Shown here: one piece after another, positions 20,284-31,410 of the stretch
Layout: every line of letters begins with the position of its first letter
Numbering within the stretch: the first letter of the stretch is position 1
IMG/VR virus record: IMGVR_UViG_3300027816_000051
Location: 186,001 to 250,000 of that record
Reading direction: 5' to 3' (one strand)
Length of the DNA stretch: 64,000 nucleotides
Made by a program: the position numbers and the translations under genes
Notes under the pieces: generated by a model
What the model saw: only the letters and a program-made list of their open reading frames with translations
The model's database searches: none
What the model was told of the DNA's origin: nothing

Positions 20284-23200
20284 CGAAAAACTAACACCGG
20301 TAAATTGGTTAATCACCAAACTTCAATTGGATACGAGGTATAGTGGAATTTATGACGATATACTAAACGAAGCAAGAAAAATGGAAGATGACCATTATGA
20401 AAAACTGAAAGATTTTGATAATTGGAAAGATTGGAAAAACGGTATAGAAACTAAATCAGAGTAATATGTTTCATGATTTGATGGATGAACTTATGGCGGG
20501 GGAATTGGGTGTTGATGTAGAAACATACATTGATGTCATTGAAGATAAGTGCACAATGGAAGAAGCCAAGTTTATTATTGATAACATCTTTCAAGAAAAA
20601 GATAAAGAGAAGGCCATAGAATTGTTTAACAGTAAATTAGAATAATATGTATAAATCATTCAAACTAACAAAGAGATATAGTATTGCGTTTAATACTTTT
20701 CCTAAGTCGGCTAAAAGTATCGAGACCAAAATACCGGCATATCACACGGGGATTTGTAAATCAACCGATGAGATAAATGAATTTGATACATACTTTTTTG
20801 TTTTGGGTACTTTTAGAATAATGTGGTATGTTGAACACAAACACAAGTGTGGTGTAACCAATGGATAAAAATCAATATGGAAAAGATTATTACATTCGGT
20901 TGTCAGAAAAATGTTTTTGTATATAAGGAAGGTTGTGGGTTATTACCAAATCCTCCTTACAGAAAACACGAAACGGTGGAAATGGCAATCCAACATTTAA
21001 AAGAAAAAGGAATACAGGAACCAAAAGTAATAGAACATGACACAAAAAGAACAAGCATTAAATGACACCAAAAACCGATTCACAAATCTGTTGGATGGTT
21101 GTGTAAGGTCTGGTGTAAGTGTATCAGAAATCATTCGTTACTACGAATCAAGATTGAACAACCAACCAGTACCTGAAACCAAAAGGTCGTCGGGAATTGT
21201 AGATAATTTTATCGAGGACTATCTCAAACATATGGAGAACGAAGATGGAGGATTTTAAATTATTAAGGGGATATGCCGACCCGTTGGTAAGTTTAAGAAT
21301 GACCATAGAAAGTTTAGCCAGAGTCATGGAGAATTACAATTACAGTTTGATTCAATTGAACAACTCTTTAGAACAATTAAACAATACCTTACGAGAAAAT
21401 AATTAAGATTTTTTGGAATATTCAAATTAATTGGTTATTTTTGTTAAAAACAAAAGGACATGGCTATCATCACCATCTTAATATCAATAATGTACGGATT
21501 CTATATCTTAGTATCCCTATTGCGTAGAAGATGGAATGATTTTCTTTATGGGATATGTCTTGGTTTACTTATCATTTCAAATATTCCAACCATTTCTTTC
21601 GTTATCAGTTTACTCGGTCTTATCATTTTACACAGGTACATAGAAGTAAGGGAAAAAAATACAAACGAATCATAATATGCTTAAACACTATAACATAAAA
21701 GTTTTATTACAATCGGCAACCACACAGTATTGGGCTGAGTACACAATATACGATGTGGTTAAATTCGAGGTAGGTAGAAACCATTATTTTTTACAGACCG
21801 AGGATGGTGATGAGAACTATTTCCCCATAAACTTTTCAATCATCAAACAAATAGAAGACCACCGATAGTGGAAAATATTTTCAAAAAACGTCGTTATAGT
21901 GGAAAAAATTCCCGGTTCCGGTGCCCGAGGTTCATTTTAATGGAAAAAATAAATAATATGGAACCACAAGATAAATGGGTATTCTTCAAAGACATTGATT
22001 GGGATTGTCCAAAGAACAATAAGTTTAATGTGGATACAAGGGATTTCCATGTGGGATATCATTGGAATGATGAAGGACATCCTGATATTTCTACCATAAA
22101 CAAATACCCACATTTCTTTTGGACCAAGGATGAACTAACCACATTACTGGAAAGATACTACGAAGAATCTGGTGGTGAGGGTGAATGGAGGTATTTCTCA
22201 TTGGAAACCTATCGCGATGGTTGGTATCTAAAGTACTTAAGAATATTCAGAACGGATATGGGATTCATCATATGTGATTCTGAGAATAAAGCGTTGAAGA
22301 AAGATATATTAAACGGAAAGGTTTACCAAGAATTATTGCATCATCATTAATGGATACAATTAACTTTACATTGTTAAGGGGAATAACCTATAAAAATCAC
22401 CGTGAAATTCTTCGCCGTGGTGATATGACTATTATATTAAGATTCTTTGAAGAGTCCCCTGATTTTCGATTTGATACCCACGTGGAAATATGTCATAATA
22501 ACGGAACCCGTGTAATTGAGGAAGGTGAGACTTTTAAAAGAAACGGAAACAGGGAAGACTATGTTAATTTTGCTAAAAGGATATTGGATACATATGAATA
22601 CGTGGAAGGTAACATAGAAAACATGTACGATTATATTCGTTTGTTTTTGGGTACACTTTTAGTGATTAACGAATCGCTGGGGGAAATTAATGAAAATAAC
22701 TAAAAAACAATAACTGGGGTTCCAACTAATAATATGAATAACGAAATTACATATAGAGTAATAATAGATACAACCATAAAAGATGGAAGATGTATATATA
22801 ATCTCTCAACTCCTACAGACCAACCTCAAATAACTTTAAATCAAATTACCAGTATACTATCAGGAGCACTATCTCTAAGTATAAGAGGTTCAGAAAATGA
22901 AGCACAAACAATGAGGGATGTAATAAATTACCTTAATGAAGAATTTGTTAGTATAGATTCATTTAAAGATATACATGTAAAGAAATGAAAGGAATACTGT
23001 ATAAAGAAAATAATAATTGGATGGTAAGATGGTATGATGAAATAAACTCATCCACCGATTCAACCCAAATTGGAATAATCCCATTACACCCTGGTGATGT
23101 AAAGAATCATGGTCATATACTAAAGGAATATACTATGGTTGATTTTGATATCATTCCTGTATTTGTGGAAAAGGAAGGTGAAGAATGTGTAAACGGGGAA

Positions 23201-23933
23201 GATGTTCCACACGCGAGGATTAAGAACACAGAGAACATTCTATATGGTTCTATAGAAGAATTGATTATTCGTTGGAATATTGATGGAACAAAAACCGCTG
23301 GTAGTCTCACAAGAGAAATAATGGATATAATAAAAAAACATATTACGTTATGATTACAGAACAGAATTTAATTGATTTGGGTTTTGAAAAGGTTGAAGGG
23401 AATCTTGAAGGACAAACAGAACCATGGTACTATTATAATTTGGATATAGATAATGTTAATCTAACTTCAGATGATAGTGACATGGTTAAAGATGAACACT
23501 GGAATGTTCATGTATGGGAATTGGATTTGGTTATTAATAATATGTCTAACCTAAATGGTTTCATAAACATCATCACAAGAATAATAAGGGATAACAAATG
23601 AAGTATATTAAAAAGTTAATGAACCACCTTTGGTGGTTAAAAAAACAGAAGGTAGAAAGTATGGTTTACTGCGGTAGACCCACATCGGTTTAAACAATTT
23701 GAAACCATAGTTGTTACATCTATATGAAAAAATTTATACTGTACAGACCACTCTCGGATATGGAATCTGATGGGGTTTATTTTGACGAATCGGTTAAGAA
23801 GAAACTGGTTGAAGAGAGAGAAAAACAGGTATGTCATTATAGTGGTTTACCCTCTGTTTGGATGTACAGTAGTGATAGGATTTTGACCCACGATACCCCT
23901 AATGTAATACAGAAAGAGTTAAAAAACCCTTGA
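20276..23933 (+). other. Run of about 14 short co-oriented hypothetical phage genes
   Basis: Abutting 60-160 aa ORFs (e.g. 21868-22350, 22350-22703, 22985-23353) with no recognisable domain. Confidence 0.6.
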
Positions 23934-24133
23934 TTTTAACCCTGTAATCCAGACATTTTTTGTCGTAAGGAATTTTTCTCAGATATATACGAATGTATGA
24001 CAAGAAATCCCGCTGGTCGTATTACAATCCATAAAAGTGGATTAAAGTGGGAAATTGTGGGACATAGTAGGGGATTGACCCTTGTTCGAAATAAGAGTTA
24101 TATTTTTATATTTTCAGAAAAACAGATGTAAAT

Positions 24134-24164
24134 AAAAAACCCCCAAGTGTCATACAAGGGGGTT
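24134..24164. terminator. Hairpin at the convergence of the + and - gene blocks
   Basis: A-tract then aaccccc...gggggtt stem. Confidence 0.55.
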
Positions 24165-24184
24165 AATGTATATACGTATATATG

Positions 24185-24976
24185 TCATACACGTCTCGTG
24201 TCGTCAATAAAAATTCTTACGTTGTGTTTCTCCCTGAACTTTTTTTCTAACTTATCAATAATATTATCTTGTAAGTTATAGGGGAAATCGGGACTACCTT
24301 TTTCGATACCATCTATGGTTTTAAATTTTGAATCAATGAACGGAATTAAATCTTTTTCATTTTTTATATCTTTTTTCCCGCGTACCACAACTCTAATAAC
24401 TGGGTTGTCTACGAGTTCATACTCATGGTCATCTATCTTTCCTTTTTTATATACGGTGTAATACACCGTCGCTCTCTTTATTAAAATTTTTATCCACTCA
24501 TCCATTTGGTCAAAAAACTTAGGTAATACATCTTGAGGTAATACAAGGGAATATTGGCCAGACAAAATGTACTGTATTGTTGGATTATCATACCTGAGGT
24601 GATTGGTATAATTTCTGTCAAACGATTCTTCTAATAAATCAATAATTAAAGGTCCGTTAATAAGGTGAAGTGACCTTATACTTAACTTGAACGGAAATTC
24701 ACCGAACCCAATCTCTTGAATTTTTCTGCCAACCAAAATGTAGATGTCATTAATCATCTCAGGATAAACCCTGTTAACATCAACAAATAGTTTCAATAGA
24801 CATTCACTTATAAAAGGGACACCATCTATTGTTCCTTGGGTTGGGTCTTCAGCTACAACATATTTTATTGTAATGGTCCCATCGGTCAGTCCTTTAAGTG
24901 AGTCACCTATTTGTGGTAAAGCGTCGTGAAACTTTTGGACATCATCACCTTCTAAAGTTTCTGTTAGTTTAATCAT
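24185..24976 (-). CDS. Hypothetical protein (probable start MIKLTE)
   Basis: TATTTATA on the sense strand just upstream of ATG 24976. Confidence 0.6.
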   Translation of the reverse strand: MIKLTETLEGDDVQKFHDALPQIGDSLKGLTDGTITIKYVVAEDPTQGTIDGVPFISECLLKLFVDVNRVYPEMINDIYILVGRKIQEIGFGEFPFKLSIRSLHLINGPLIIDLLEESFDRNYTNHLRYDNPTIQYILSGQYSLVLPQDVLPKFFDQMDEWIKILIKRATVYYTVYKKGKIDDHEYELVDNPVIRVVVRGKKDIKNEKDLIPFIDSKFKTIDGIEKGSPDFPYNLQDNIIDKLEKKFREKHNVRIFIDDTRRV

Positions 24977-25274
24977 CTCATTTACTTTACATATAAATAC
25001 CATTCCCCCGCCAAACTAAATCGACCTCCTCAGGTCCCTGAACTAACAAGTGTTAGTTAGTTTGTGCCAAACAAAATCGGTACCGTCGGACGATTCTGAG
25101 GATTCTGATTCCGCCAAACTAAATCGGTGGATTTATTGTTACAACATCAATTGTCTAAACAACCTTTCCGCCAAACTAAATTGACCATCTCAGGTCCCGT
25201 CGTCAGGATTCTCATTAAAAAAAAAATCCCGTGACGTTAATCACAGGATTTGGTTAAGAGACTTGAGTCGTCTA

Positions 25275-25544
25275 TTACATATTACTCAAGATACTCTTAC
25301 GGAACTCGAAAGCTTTCTTCTTGGAGGAGAAGTTCTGAGAGTAACGGGTTCCGTTAACGCTAGCACGTACACGGTAAGAGAAACCATCATAGTAGATGTG
25401 GTGTGAAACAGGTACGTAAGTACTTACGGTTGTTTTCATAGCCGGAGCTGCTACTGCTTTCTTCCCACCCTTTTTGGGGGCTGGAGCTGGTTTCGCCGCT
25501 GGTTTGCTGGCGGGTTTTTTAGTTGTGGACTTCTTTGTTGCCAT
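25275..25544 (-). CDS. Small basic protein: K/A/P-rich histone-like tail plus AP2-like DNA-binding domain
   Basis: MATKKSTTKKPASKPAAKPAPAPKK then HIYYDGFSYRVRASVNGTRYSQNFSSKKKAFEFR (three beta-strands plus helix pattern). Confidence 0.55.
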   Translation of the reverse strand: MATKKSTTKKPASKPAAKPAPAPKKGGKKAVAAPAMKTTVSTYVPVSHHIYYDGFSYRVRASVNGTRYSQNFSSKKKAFEFRKSILSNM

Positions 25545-25633
25545 AATATATTGATTTTGATATATAAAATATACACAAGAAAATCCTAAAAACCAAATCC
25601 TATAAAAAAATCTTTCAAAGAACTAATGCCAAA

Positions 25634-25954
25634 CTAAATCCACAGTATGATTCCCTCCTCAGGGTTATCAGGGTACCGTGACTCTTCTAAACATACACCA
25701 CATGTGGATGGTAATAATTGCTGCTTACCTTTTATTCCATCTACCTGAAATTGCGATAGAGGTGCTGGTATACTGAATCCACATATGTGACACTCTAACC
25801 TATATACGTTTAACTCACCCTTCCAATATAAATCAGTCAAGTTGAATTTCTTTCCCATCACTACGTTGTCATTAACGTCGGTAATGGTGTCTTCTATTAT
25901 TTCACCTGTGGTAGGGTCCGTGAAGTATACCTTGTCCCTGATGAAGAGTTTCAT
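25634..25954 (-). CDS. Hypothetical zinc-ribbon protein
   Basis: CHICG and CGVC; TAG stop lies inside a GCCAAACTAAAT motif. Confidence 0.6.
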   Translation of the reverse strand: MKLFIRDKVYFTDPTTGEIIEDTITDVNDNVVMGKKFNLTDLYWKGELNVYRLECHICGFSIPAPLSQFQVDGIKGKQQLLPSTCGVCLEESRYPDNPEEGIILWI

Positions 25955-26123
25955 TTACTCTTCCCCCTTTCTTCCAAACGTTGCAAATATTGTGAAAACA
26001 TCTTGGCCGCCATTGCTAACCTTTGAGGTTTAAAACAATATTTCTTATTAAGTCTAGCCATTGCTATCCTCATGAACTGTTCCTGAATCCGTGGTTCTAC
26101 TACTATCATGACTTTAAATATTG

Positions 26124-26585
26124 CTACAGGTGAGTATTGAATACATCAAAATCCCTAATTCCCATATTTTGTCTCTCCACTCTTGCGTTGTGCTGTAAAA
26201 ACGCTTGAATACCTTCACCGTGTGGTACGGCTTGAAATATTAGTTGCTGTTTAAATTGCTCTGAAGTAATAACTCGAACAACAGACAGTCCAAGTAATCT
26301 CATCCAAAATGGTTCGTCGACCATTACAGATTTAATCCTGAAATAGTTCACAGATTCTCGAGTCACACTGAAGACCCCTTTTCGTTCAATTACACAGTCA
26401 TCATAGAATTCATACCTCCAACAATCTACTTCGAAATATTTGTAGATATAGATGACTACCGCCAATGCACATGCATATGGGTGTACGAAGTAAGTTGCTG
26501 GTACCATGGCCAGCCAACCAATATTCAACCACTGAGATGGGGTGAATATGTGAATCGGTTCTTGAGGTTTCTGTGTATTGAACAT
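26124..26585 (-). CDS. Membrane protein with bacterial PH (bPH_2) domain
   Basis: Two TMs, then YEFYDDCVIERKGVFS..RIKSV..PFWMRLLGL. Confidence 0.75.
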   Translation of the reverse strand: MFNTQKPQEPIHIFTPSQWLNIGWLAMVPATYFVHPYACALAVVIYIYKYFEVDCWRYEFYDDCVIERKGVFSVTRESVNYFRIKSVMVDEPFWMRLLGLSVVRVITSEQFKQQLIFQAVPHGEGIQAFLQHNARVERQNMGIRDFDVFNTHL

Positions 26586-26589
26586 AATA

Positions 26590-26880
26590 CTAAGTTTTTG
26601 TTACAGTTTTATTTGCGGTTGTTCCTGCTGGTGAACATCCACATGGTGATGCTTTTCTACACATATTCATAAATGTCAGTGTATCCACTAAGTATACCTT
26701 CATGGTATCACCATATGAACCTTTATCCCATTGGGGTTTAATTACTTCTCGGGTTATGTTGCAATCGATAAAGTAAACTTTGTGTCCACTTACTAATGCC
26801 TTGTCCCCGTGTTGGATATATGTTCGATTGGTTCCACAACCAACTAATCCAAGTGCTGATATAAATAATATTTTTTTCAT
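26590..26880 (-). CDS. Putative lipoprotein
   Basis: MKKILFISALGLVG-C lipobox-like. Confidence 0.55.
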   Translation of the reverse strand: MKKILFISALGLVGCGTNRTYIQHGDKALVSGHKVYFIDCNITREVIKPQWDKGSYGDTMKVYLVDTLTFMNMCRKASPCGCSPAGTTANKTVTKT

Positions 26881-26904
26881 AACTCCAAATCTAAATAAAA
26901 TTTA

Positions 26905-27507
26905 TTACTTCTCAATATGGATATCACGAAAAAATTCAAAATCAATTACTTCGTCTTCCTCCACCGCGAAGTCAACACACATTGCAATAATCTTTCCTCT
27001 TTTCTTTGCAACATATAATGTGTAAGAACCATCACCAAAACCAGATGAAGAAACTACTCCCTCGTCATACACACCGTATCGACTATCACCCAAGGTACGA
27101 GAACACATACTGATGTACCATTTTTCACCTTGTTCTTCCTCACGGGCCTCGGTCATTTCTTTCCAAGGTGTTACACCAAAGAATGAAATGTCACCATCTC
27201 CCAAACCGATTCGTTCTGTAATAGAGTCGTCACGGTAAGATTCTTTGGAGAAGATTCCACACTGACCTGAGTCGACACCGATGGTTGCAGGATAATCTTT
27301 CCAAACCAGTTTGTCGTCTTTATGGTCCTCGTGTATGACAAGTATCATTGAACTTCGGATACCCCAATCACCACAGTCGTGACGCTTAACATAGGTGTCA
27401 TACATACCGGGTTTAACACCACTAACAATTCCCTGACACCAGGTTGGGATTGTGTAACAAGGGTCGGATACTACGACCTCAGTTCCTAATTTGATTTTGT
27501 TTGTCAT
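26905..27507 (-). CDS. DUF4241-like protein
   Basis: VVSDPCY, IGVDSGQ, SSSGFGDGSY. Confidence 0.65.
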   Translation of the reverse strand: MTNKIKLGTEVVVSDPCYTIPTWCQGIVSGVKPGMYDTYVKRHDCGDWGIRSSMILVIHEDHKDDKLVWKDYPATIGVDSGQCGIFSKESYRDDSITERIGLGDGDISFFGVTPWKEMTEAREEEQGEKWYISMCSRTLGDSRYGVYDEGVVSSSGFGDGSYTLYVAKKRGKIIAMCVDFAVEEDEVIDFEFFRDIHIEK

Positions 27508-27598
27508 ACACCTATTGATTTTTAATGTTCTATATTCAAAATTAATACATTTACTAGAATATTCCAAATTTTTCTAGAATATTTTTGCCAATCTAAAT

Positions 27599-27898
27599 TC
27601 AGTACATCTCCTCCTTCAGTTGCTTTGCTTTCTCAAAGTGTTTCTTGATTTGGTTTGCAAAACTCACCAAACGAGCTTTGGTCTTTGCGTATGCGTAGAA
27701 CTGACAATACTCACTGTCAAAATCGATTCCACTACAATTGATGTTTCTCTTGACACAGTCCTCGAAGTCATAGGCAGAGTCGTAGTCGTGACCAATTGCT
27801 TCTTTTTTAGGGAAACCAGTAAGTGTCCACTGTGCTCCATCCCAATCACCTTTGTAAATTGAGAGTCCAATACCTGTTGAAATTGTTTCTGTTTTCAT
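27599..27898 (-). CDS. Hypothetical protein
   Basis: Operon member; stop abuts the motif at 27587. Confidence 0.55.
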   Translation of the reverse strand: MKTETISTGIGLSIYKGDWDGAQWTLTGFPKKEAIGHDYDSAYDFEDCVKRNINCSGIDFDSEYCQFYAYAKTKARLVSFANQIKKHFEKAKQLKEEMY

Positions 27899-27902
27899 AC
27901 CT

Positions 27903-28382
27903 CTACTTTTTAAATGTTGATTTGAATACTCGGATGTTTTCCTCAATCTCGAGGTCCATAGCCTGAGCTAACTTCATCTTGGCTTTGGTCATGAACTCCT
28001 TGTCGCCAGACAAAATCTCCAAATCCTCCTCAGGGTGAAACTCAATCTTGTCGACAATAACACGGACATCTTTTGACTTCTTATCCTTACGGTAGAAAGG
28101 AGTCCTTGCGTAGATGTACTCACGAACTTGAGTCAACTTGATATCACTGAGGTCCTCACGAATTCTCATTTGGATTATAATCTCCTCGAGTGATGCTAGT
28201 TTTTCGAATGTTAATTTACTCTCAGTGATTAAGTTCTTATATAAACCAGTGAGCTCTTTAAGCTCCTTAGAATATTTCTTACCATCACCGTGGTTGATGA
28301 ATTGGTCATATGAACTCAGTTCACTCTTTGACCCTACGATGTCAATGAAGACACCCTCGATTGTTTTATTTACTCGTCCCAT
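27903..28382 (-). CDS. Hypothetical protein
   Basis: 159-aa ORF in an operon. Confidence 0.6.
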   Translation of the reverse strand: MGRVNKTIEGVFIDIVGSKSELSSYDQFINHGDGKKYSKELKELTGLYKNLITESKLTFEKLASLEEIIIQMRIREDLSDIKLTQVREYIYARTPFYRKDKKSKDVRVIVDKIEFHPEEDLEILSGDKEFMTKAKMKLAQAMDLEIEENIRVFKSTFKK

Positions 28383-28654
28383 AATCTTTAAAAGAAGTTT
28401 AATACAGATTTTAACATGCCAAACAAAATTCGGGGTTCGGCTGTCCCGTCGGAAAATTTTACTTCAGAGTTTTCCATTTCTCTTTTCATTTGAATTGCTT
28501 CATCAACTTTAATCCGTTGCTCGATGGTTCTTGCGTGGTATTTGGATGAAACAATGACATTCTCTTGAGTTCTCAATGCGTCTACCCATTCTTGGTAGGT
28601 TAATTCTTCTTGAGGTTCTGCTGTCGATAATATTTTCAAATCTTCCATATGAAT

Positions 28655-29269
28655 TTATTTTACTTTTTCCTTTAGTTCTTCTTCGTATATTCTACGGATT
28701 TCTTTTGCGTCTTCCGTATCCACATAAGGGAATTGTGCAACGAAGTCATCAACACTAGTTTCGTTATCGATTGCATATTCCATCTCATTTTGGAAAAGGG
28801 ATTCCCAAAAGTATTCTTCGTCAAAACGATAGTTACCTTCGAGATAACCATAATCATCCTCAACCACTCCGTTTTGATTAATGGTTGTTTTGCCACAGAA
28901 ATCACTTCCACCCTCCGAGTAGAACAACTCCACATCCACACCATACATCTTGTGTAATACAACACCAAAGTTTATTGGTGGTGACCACGCCGTATCAGGT
29001 GACATATAGATAACATCCTTCTCAAAAGTGAAGTTGCAGTCGGCGTATGACACATCCCATTTGGTACCATACCAACTGGTGTTTGCATTATACCATCCAC
29101 CTTGTTCGTATTCTTCTTTACTAATTTCAGGTTCACGACCGATTAAGGACTCAAACACGATACACTTTTCAGGTTCGGACTTTGGAACATCATTAAGGAT
29201 ACGAGTGAGCAAACCAATCTGCTCTTCAGTACCTGTTATTGTTATTGAGTTTTGACACCAGTTCGGCAT
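28655..29269 (-). CDS. DUF1281/YubB ferredoxin-like family protein
   Basis: MPNWCQN, WYGTKWD, DTAWSPP. Confidence 0.7.
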   Translation of the reverse strand: MPNWCQNSITITGTEEQIGLLTRILNDVPKSEPEKCIVFESLIGREPEISKEEYEQGGWYNANTSWYGTKWDVSYADCNFTFEKDVIYMSPDTAWSPPINFGVVLHKMYGVDVELFYSEGGSDFCGKTTINQNGVVEDDYGYLEGNYRFDEEYFWESLFQNEMEYAIDNETSVDDFVAQFPYVDTEDAKEIRRIYEEELKEKVK

Positions 29270-29352
29270 AATCTATCTATTTTAAGCTGTTCATTAATAC
29301 AAAGGTATAAAGAGGATACCATTTTACCAAACGATATCCTCTTTTTATTTTT

Positions 29353-29898
29353 TTACCAGGATGATTGGTAGTAGAAATCTCCTTCCTTTTCCTCTAATAA
29401 GGGAGTGATTTGTTTGATGGTATCTTCTAAACCTTTTAGATACCACTCATCATATTCAGTTCCCCCGAAAAAGAAACCTGCTTGGGTTGGTAGTAGTTCT
29501 TCCGCAAGTTCGGTGTCGGTGTAGACATCGATGTCCTCATACAATTCCTTACCACCTTGCCAACCAACTTTCACCTGAACCTTCTTCGTCGGAGAATTTT
29601 TCAGGGTTGCTCTAACTTTCCCACAGGTATCCACCAACTCTTTGAGTTTTTCGCGGTCTACATAATACTCACCACAATCGTCCTCACCGTCCTGTACATT
29701 GTTTACAAACCATGCGTGGATGTGGTTGTCCTTTCTCCAATACGCCACCTGTTCCTCGATGGATGAAATTCTGTCGGGTTGAATTTCCTTAACTACTTTC
29801 CCACCCTTCTTAACTGTCACCTTGTGAAGTTGTTCGGGTTCCATATGTGACCAATTTTTCACATAGGTTTTCTTCTTGAGATACATGTCTAATCCCAT
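29353..29898 (-). CDS. Conserved phage hypothetical protein (MGLDMY...YWRK family)
   Basis: MGLDMYL, YWRKDNHIHAWF, GFFFGG, YYQSSW. Confidence 0.7.
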   Translation of the reverse strand: MGLDMYLKKKTYVKNWSHMEPEQLHKVTVKKGGKVVKEIQPDRISSIEEQVAYWRKDNHIHAWFVNNVQDGEDDCGEYYVDREKLKELVDTCGKVRATLKNSPTKKVQVKVGWQGGKELYEDIDVYTDTELAEELLPTQAGFFFGGTEYDEWYLKGLEDTIKQITPLLEEKEGDFYYQSSW

Positions 29899-29902
29899 TG
29901 TA

Positions 29903-30205
29903 TTATTGATTTAAGATGTTAAACAATTTTGTACCAAGACCAAATAACTTTTCGGCCTTATCTTCTCTTTTTCCTTCACTACACACGTAGATTGACTTAT
30001 CAGGTAGAACACCCAAATCCAACATTCCAAATGTGTGTTCCCATTTACCATTGATGAATTGTTCACCTGTAAACCTTTCTTGTGCGTTGTACGCTTCGTA
30101 GGTCATTTTCAATTTGACATTATTCTCATTTTGAATAATTCTCATCTCATATGACTTATCTCTCAAGTGAGATGATACCGAGTGGATTACTTTTTCTTTT
30201 TTCAT
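29903..30205 (-). CDS. Hypothetical protein (probably leaderless)
   Basis: ATG lies 4 nt after TATCTTTG. Confidence 0.6.
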   Translation of the reverse strand: MKKEKVIHSVSSHLRDKSYEMRIIQNENNVKLKMTYEAYNAQERFTGEQFINGKWEHTFGMLDLGVLPDKSIYVCSEGKREDKAEKLFGLGTKLFNILNQ

Positions 30206-30265
30206 AATACAAAGATATAACAATTTTTCTTTTATACCAAATTTATTTTCAACTTTGTTGCCAAA

Positions 30266-30577
30266 CTAAATGTCCTCGACGGTAAAGTCATCCGACTCAA
30301 GGATGTCTATGATGTGTGCGAGTTCATATATGTCCAATTCAACTAACGAGAGTTCTATACTATCACCAAAACTTTCCGACATCACAGTACCATCAGGTAA
30401 TATTCCATACGCCGCGTATTGAACTCTACCATCATCTTCGTACATACCTTCGGTAACCCAAACTCCAAACACATTTCTAAATGTGATTTGTTGGTTCTCA
30501 CCAATAATGGTCGAACATTTGTTTTTAATTTTTTTGATTATTTCCTCTTGTAGGTCTTGAATTTTTTTCTTGTACAT
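30266..30577 (-). CDS. Hypothetical protein
   Basis: Own promoter; TAG stop inside the motif. Confidence 0.65.
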   Translation of the reverse strand: MYKKKIQDLQEEIIKKIKNKCSTIIGENQQITFRNVFGVWVTEGMYEDDGRVQYAAYGILPDGTVMSESFGDSIELSLVELDIYELAHIIDILESDDFTVEDI

Positions 30578-30699
30578 AATAAAATGTTTTAGTAATACAA
30601 AGATATAACAATTTTTCTTTTATACCAAATTTATTTTCAACTTTGTTGCCAACCTAAATCAATGTCCATCCCATAATATATGTGTACGAGGTTTTTAAT

Positions 30700-30725
30700 A
30701 AAAAACCCCACATTTCTGTGGGGTT
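30700..30725 (-). terminator. Intrinsic terminator (same hairpin reused near 34213, 40725, 41816)
   Basis: aaaaaaccccacatttctgtggggtt. Confidence 0.85.
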
Positions 30726-30740
30726 CTCTCCTTAAACCAA

Positions 30741-31331
30741 TCAATCATAAGTAATCCTCGCGTATTTTACTGTGACCCAGTTGTCCTTTACAACAATCTT
30801 ACCCATGTCCTCACCATCCTCGCCTTTCCAATAAACCTCACCATTTAATTTCACACCCCACTTCTCAAAGAAATGATTGATGATATATTTCAACCACTCA
30901 ACGTAGTTGTAAAACTTCTCACCACCATCCCATATTAGATGAGTTCCATTTTCATCCGTAGTCCACTGACACCATAAACCAGGTTGACATTTACCCTCTC
31001 GTGTTCTCAAATCATTTTGTGTCCACCTTTCGTTGTAGTTAGTTGTTAGAAAATCTAGTTGACCTGGAGGTGTATTGTAATCGACAATACTATCATCCTT
31101 GTCTTGACCTGCGAACCCATTACCACCAACAAAGTATTCACCATCGTTTCCGTAGGTTTCTTCTTTTGGTAGAAAAGGGTTTCCGTGTTCACCCTTAAAT
31201 AACTCATAGAGTTTCTCAACATTTCGTTTCATTCTACGAGTGTTGTTGAACTTGGTGATGTAATTCTTTTCATCACTAGTAAGTGGACGACTGAATTCAA
31301 ATCCACCTTCGAAATCGGTTGTGTATCCCAT
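30741..31331 (-). CDS. Conserved phage hypothetical protein (MGYTTDF family)
   Basis: QPGLWCQW, WDGGEKFYNYVEWL, WKGED. Confidence 0.7.
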   Translation of the reverse strand: MGYTTDFEGGFEFSRPLTSDEKNYITKFNNTRRMKRNVEKLYELFKGEHGNPFLPKEETYGNDGEYFVGGNGFAGQDKDDSIVDYNTPPGQLDFLTTNYNERWTQNDLRTREGKCQPGLWCQWTTDENGTHLIWDGGEKFYNYVEWLKYIINHFFEKWGVKLNGEVYWKGEDGEDMGKIVVKDNWVTVKYARITYD

Positions 31332-31410
31332 ACTTTTTTAATTTAATTGTATTACAAAGATATAACAATTTTTCTTTTATACCAAATTTTTTTTCAACTT
31401 TGTCGCCAAA

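Noticed and set aside
25010-25215. CRISPR or other guide-RNA array
   Set aside because: The repeat is only about 12-13 bp, spacing is irregular, the same motif is dispersed over 25 kb, and no cas-like gene is in the window.
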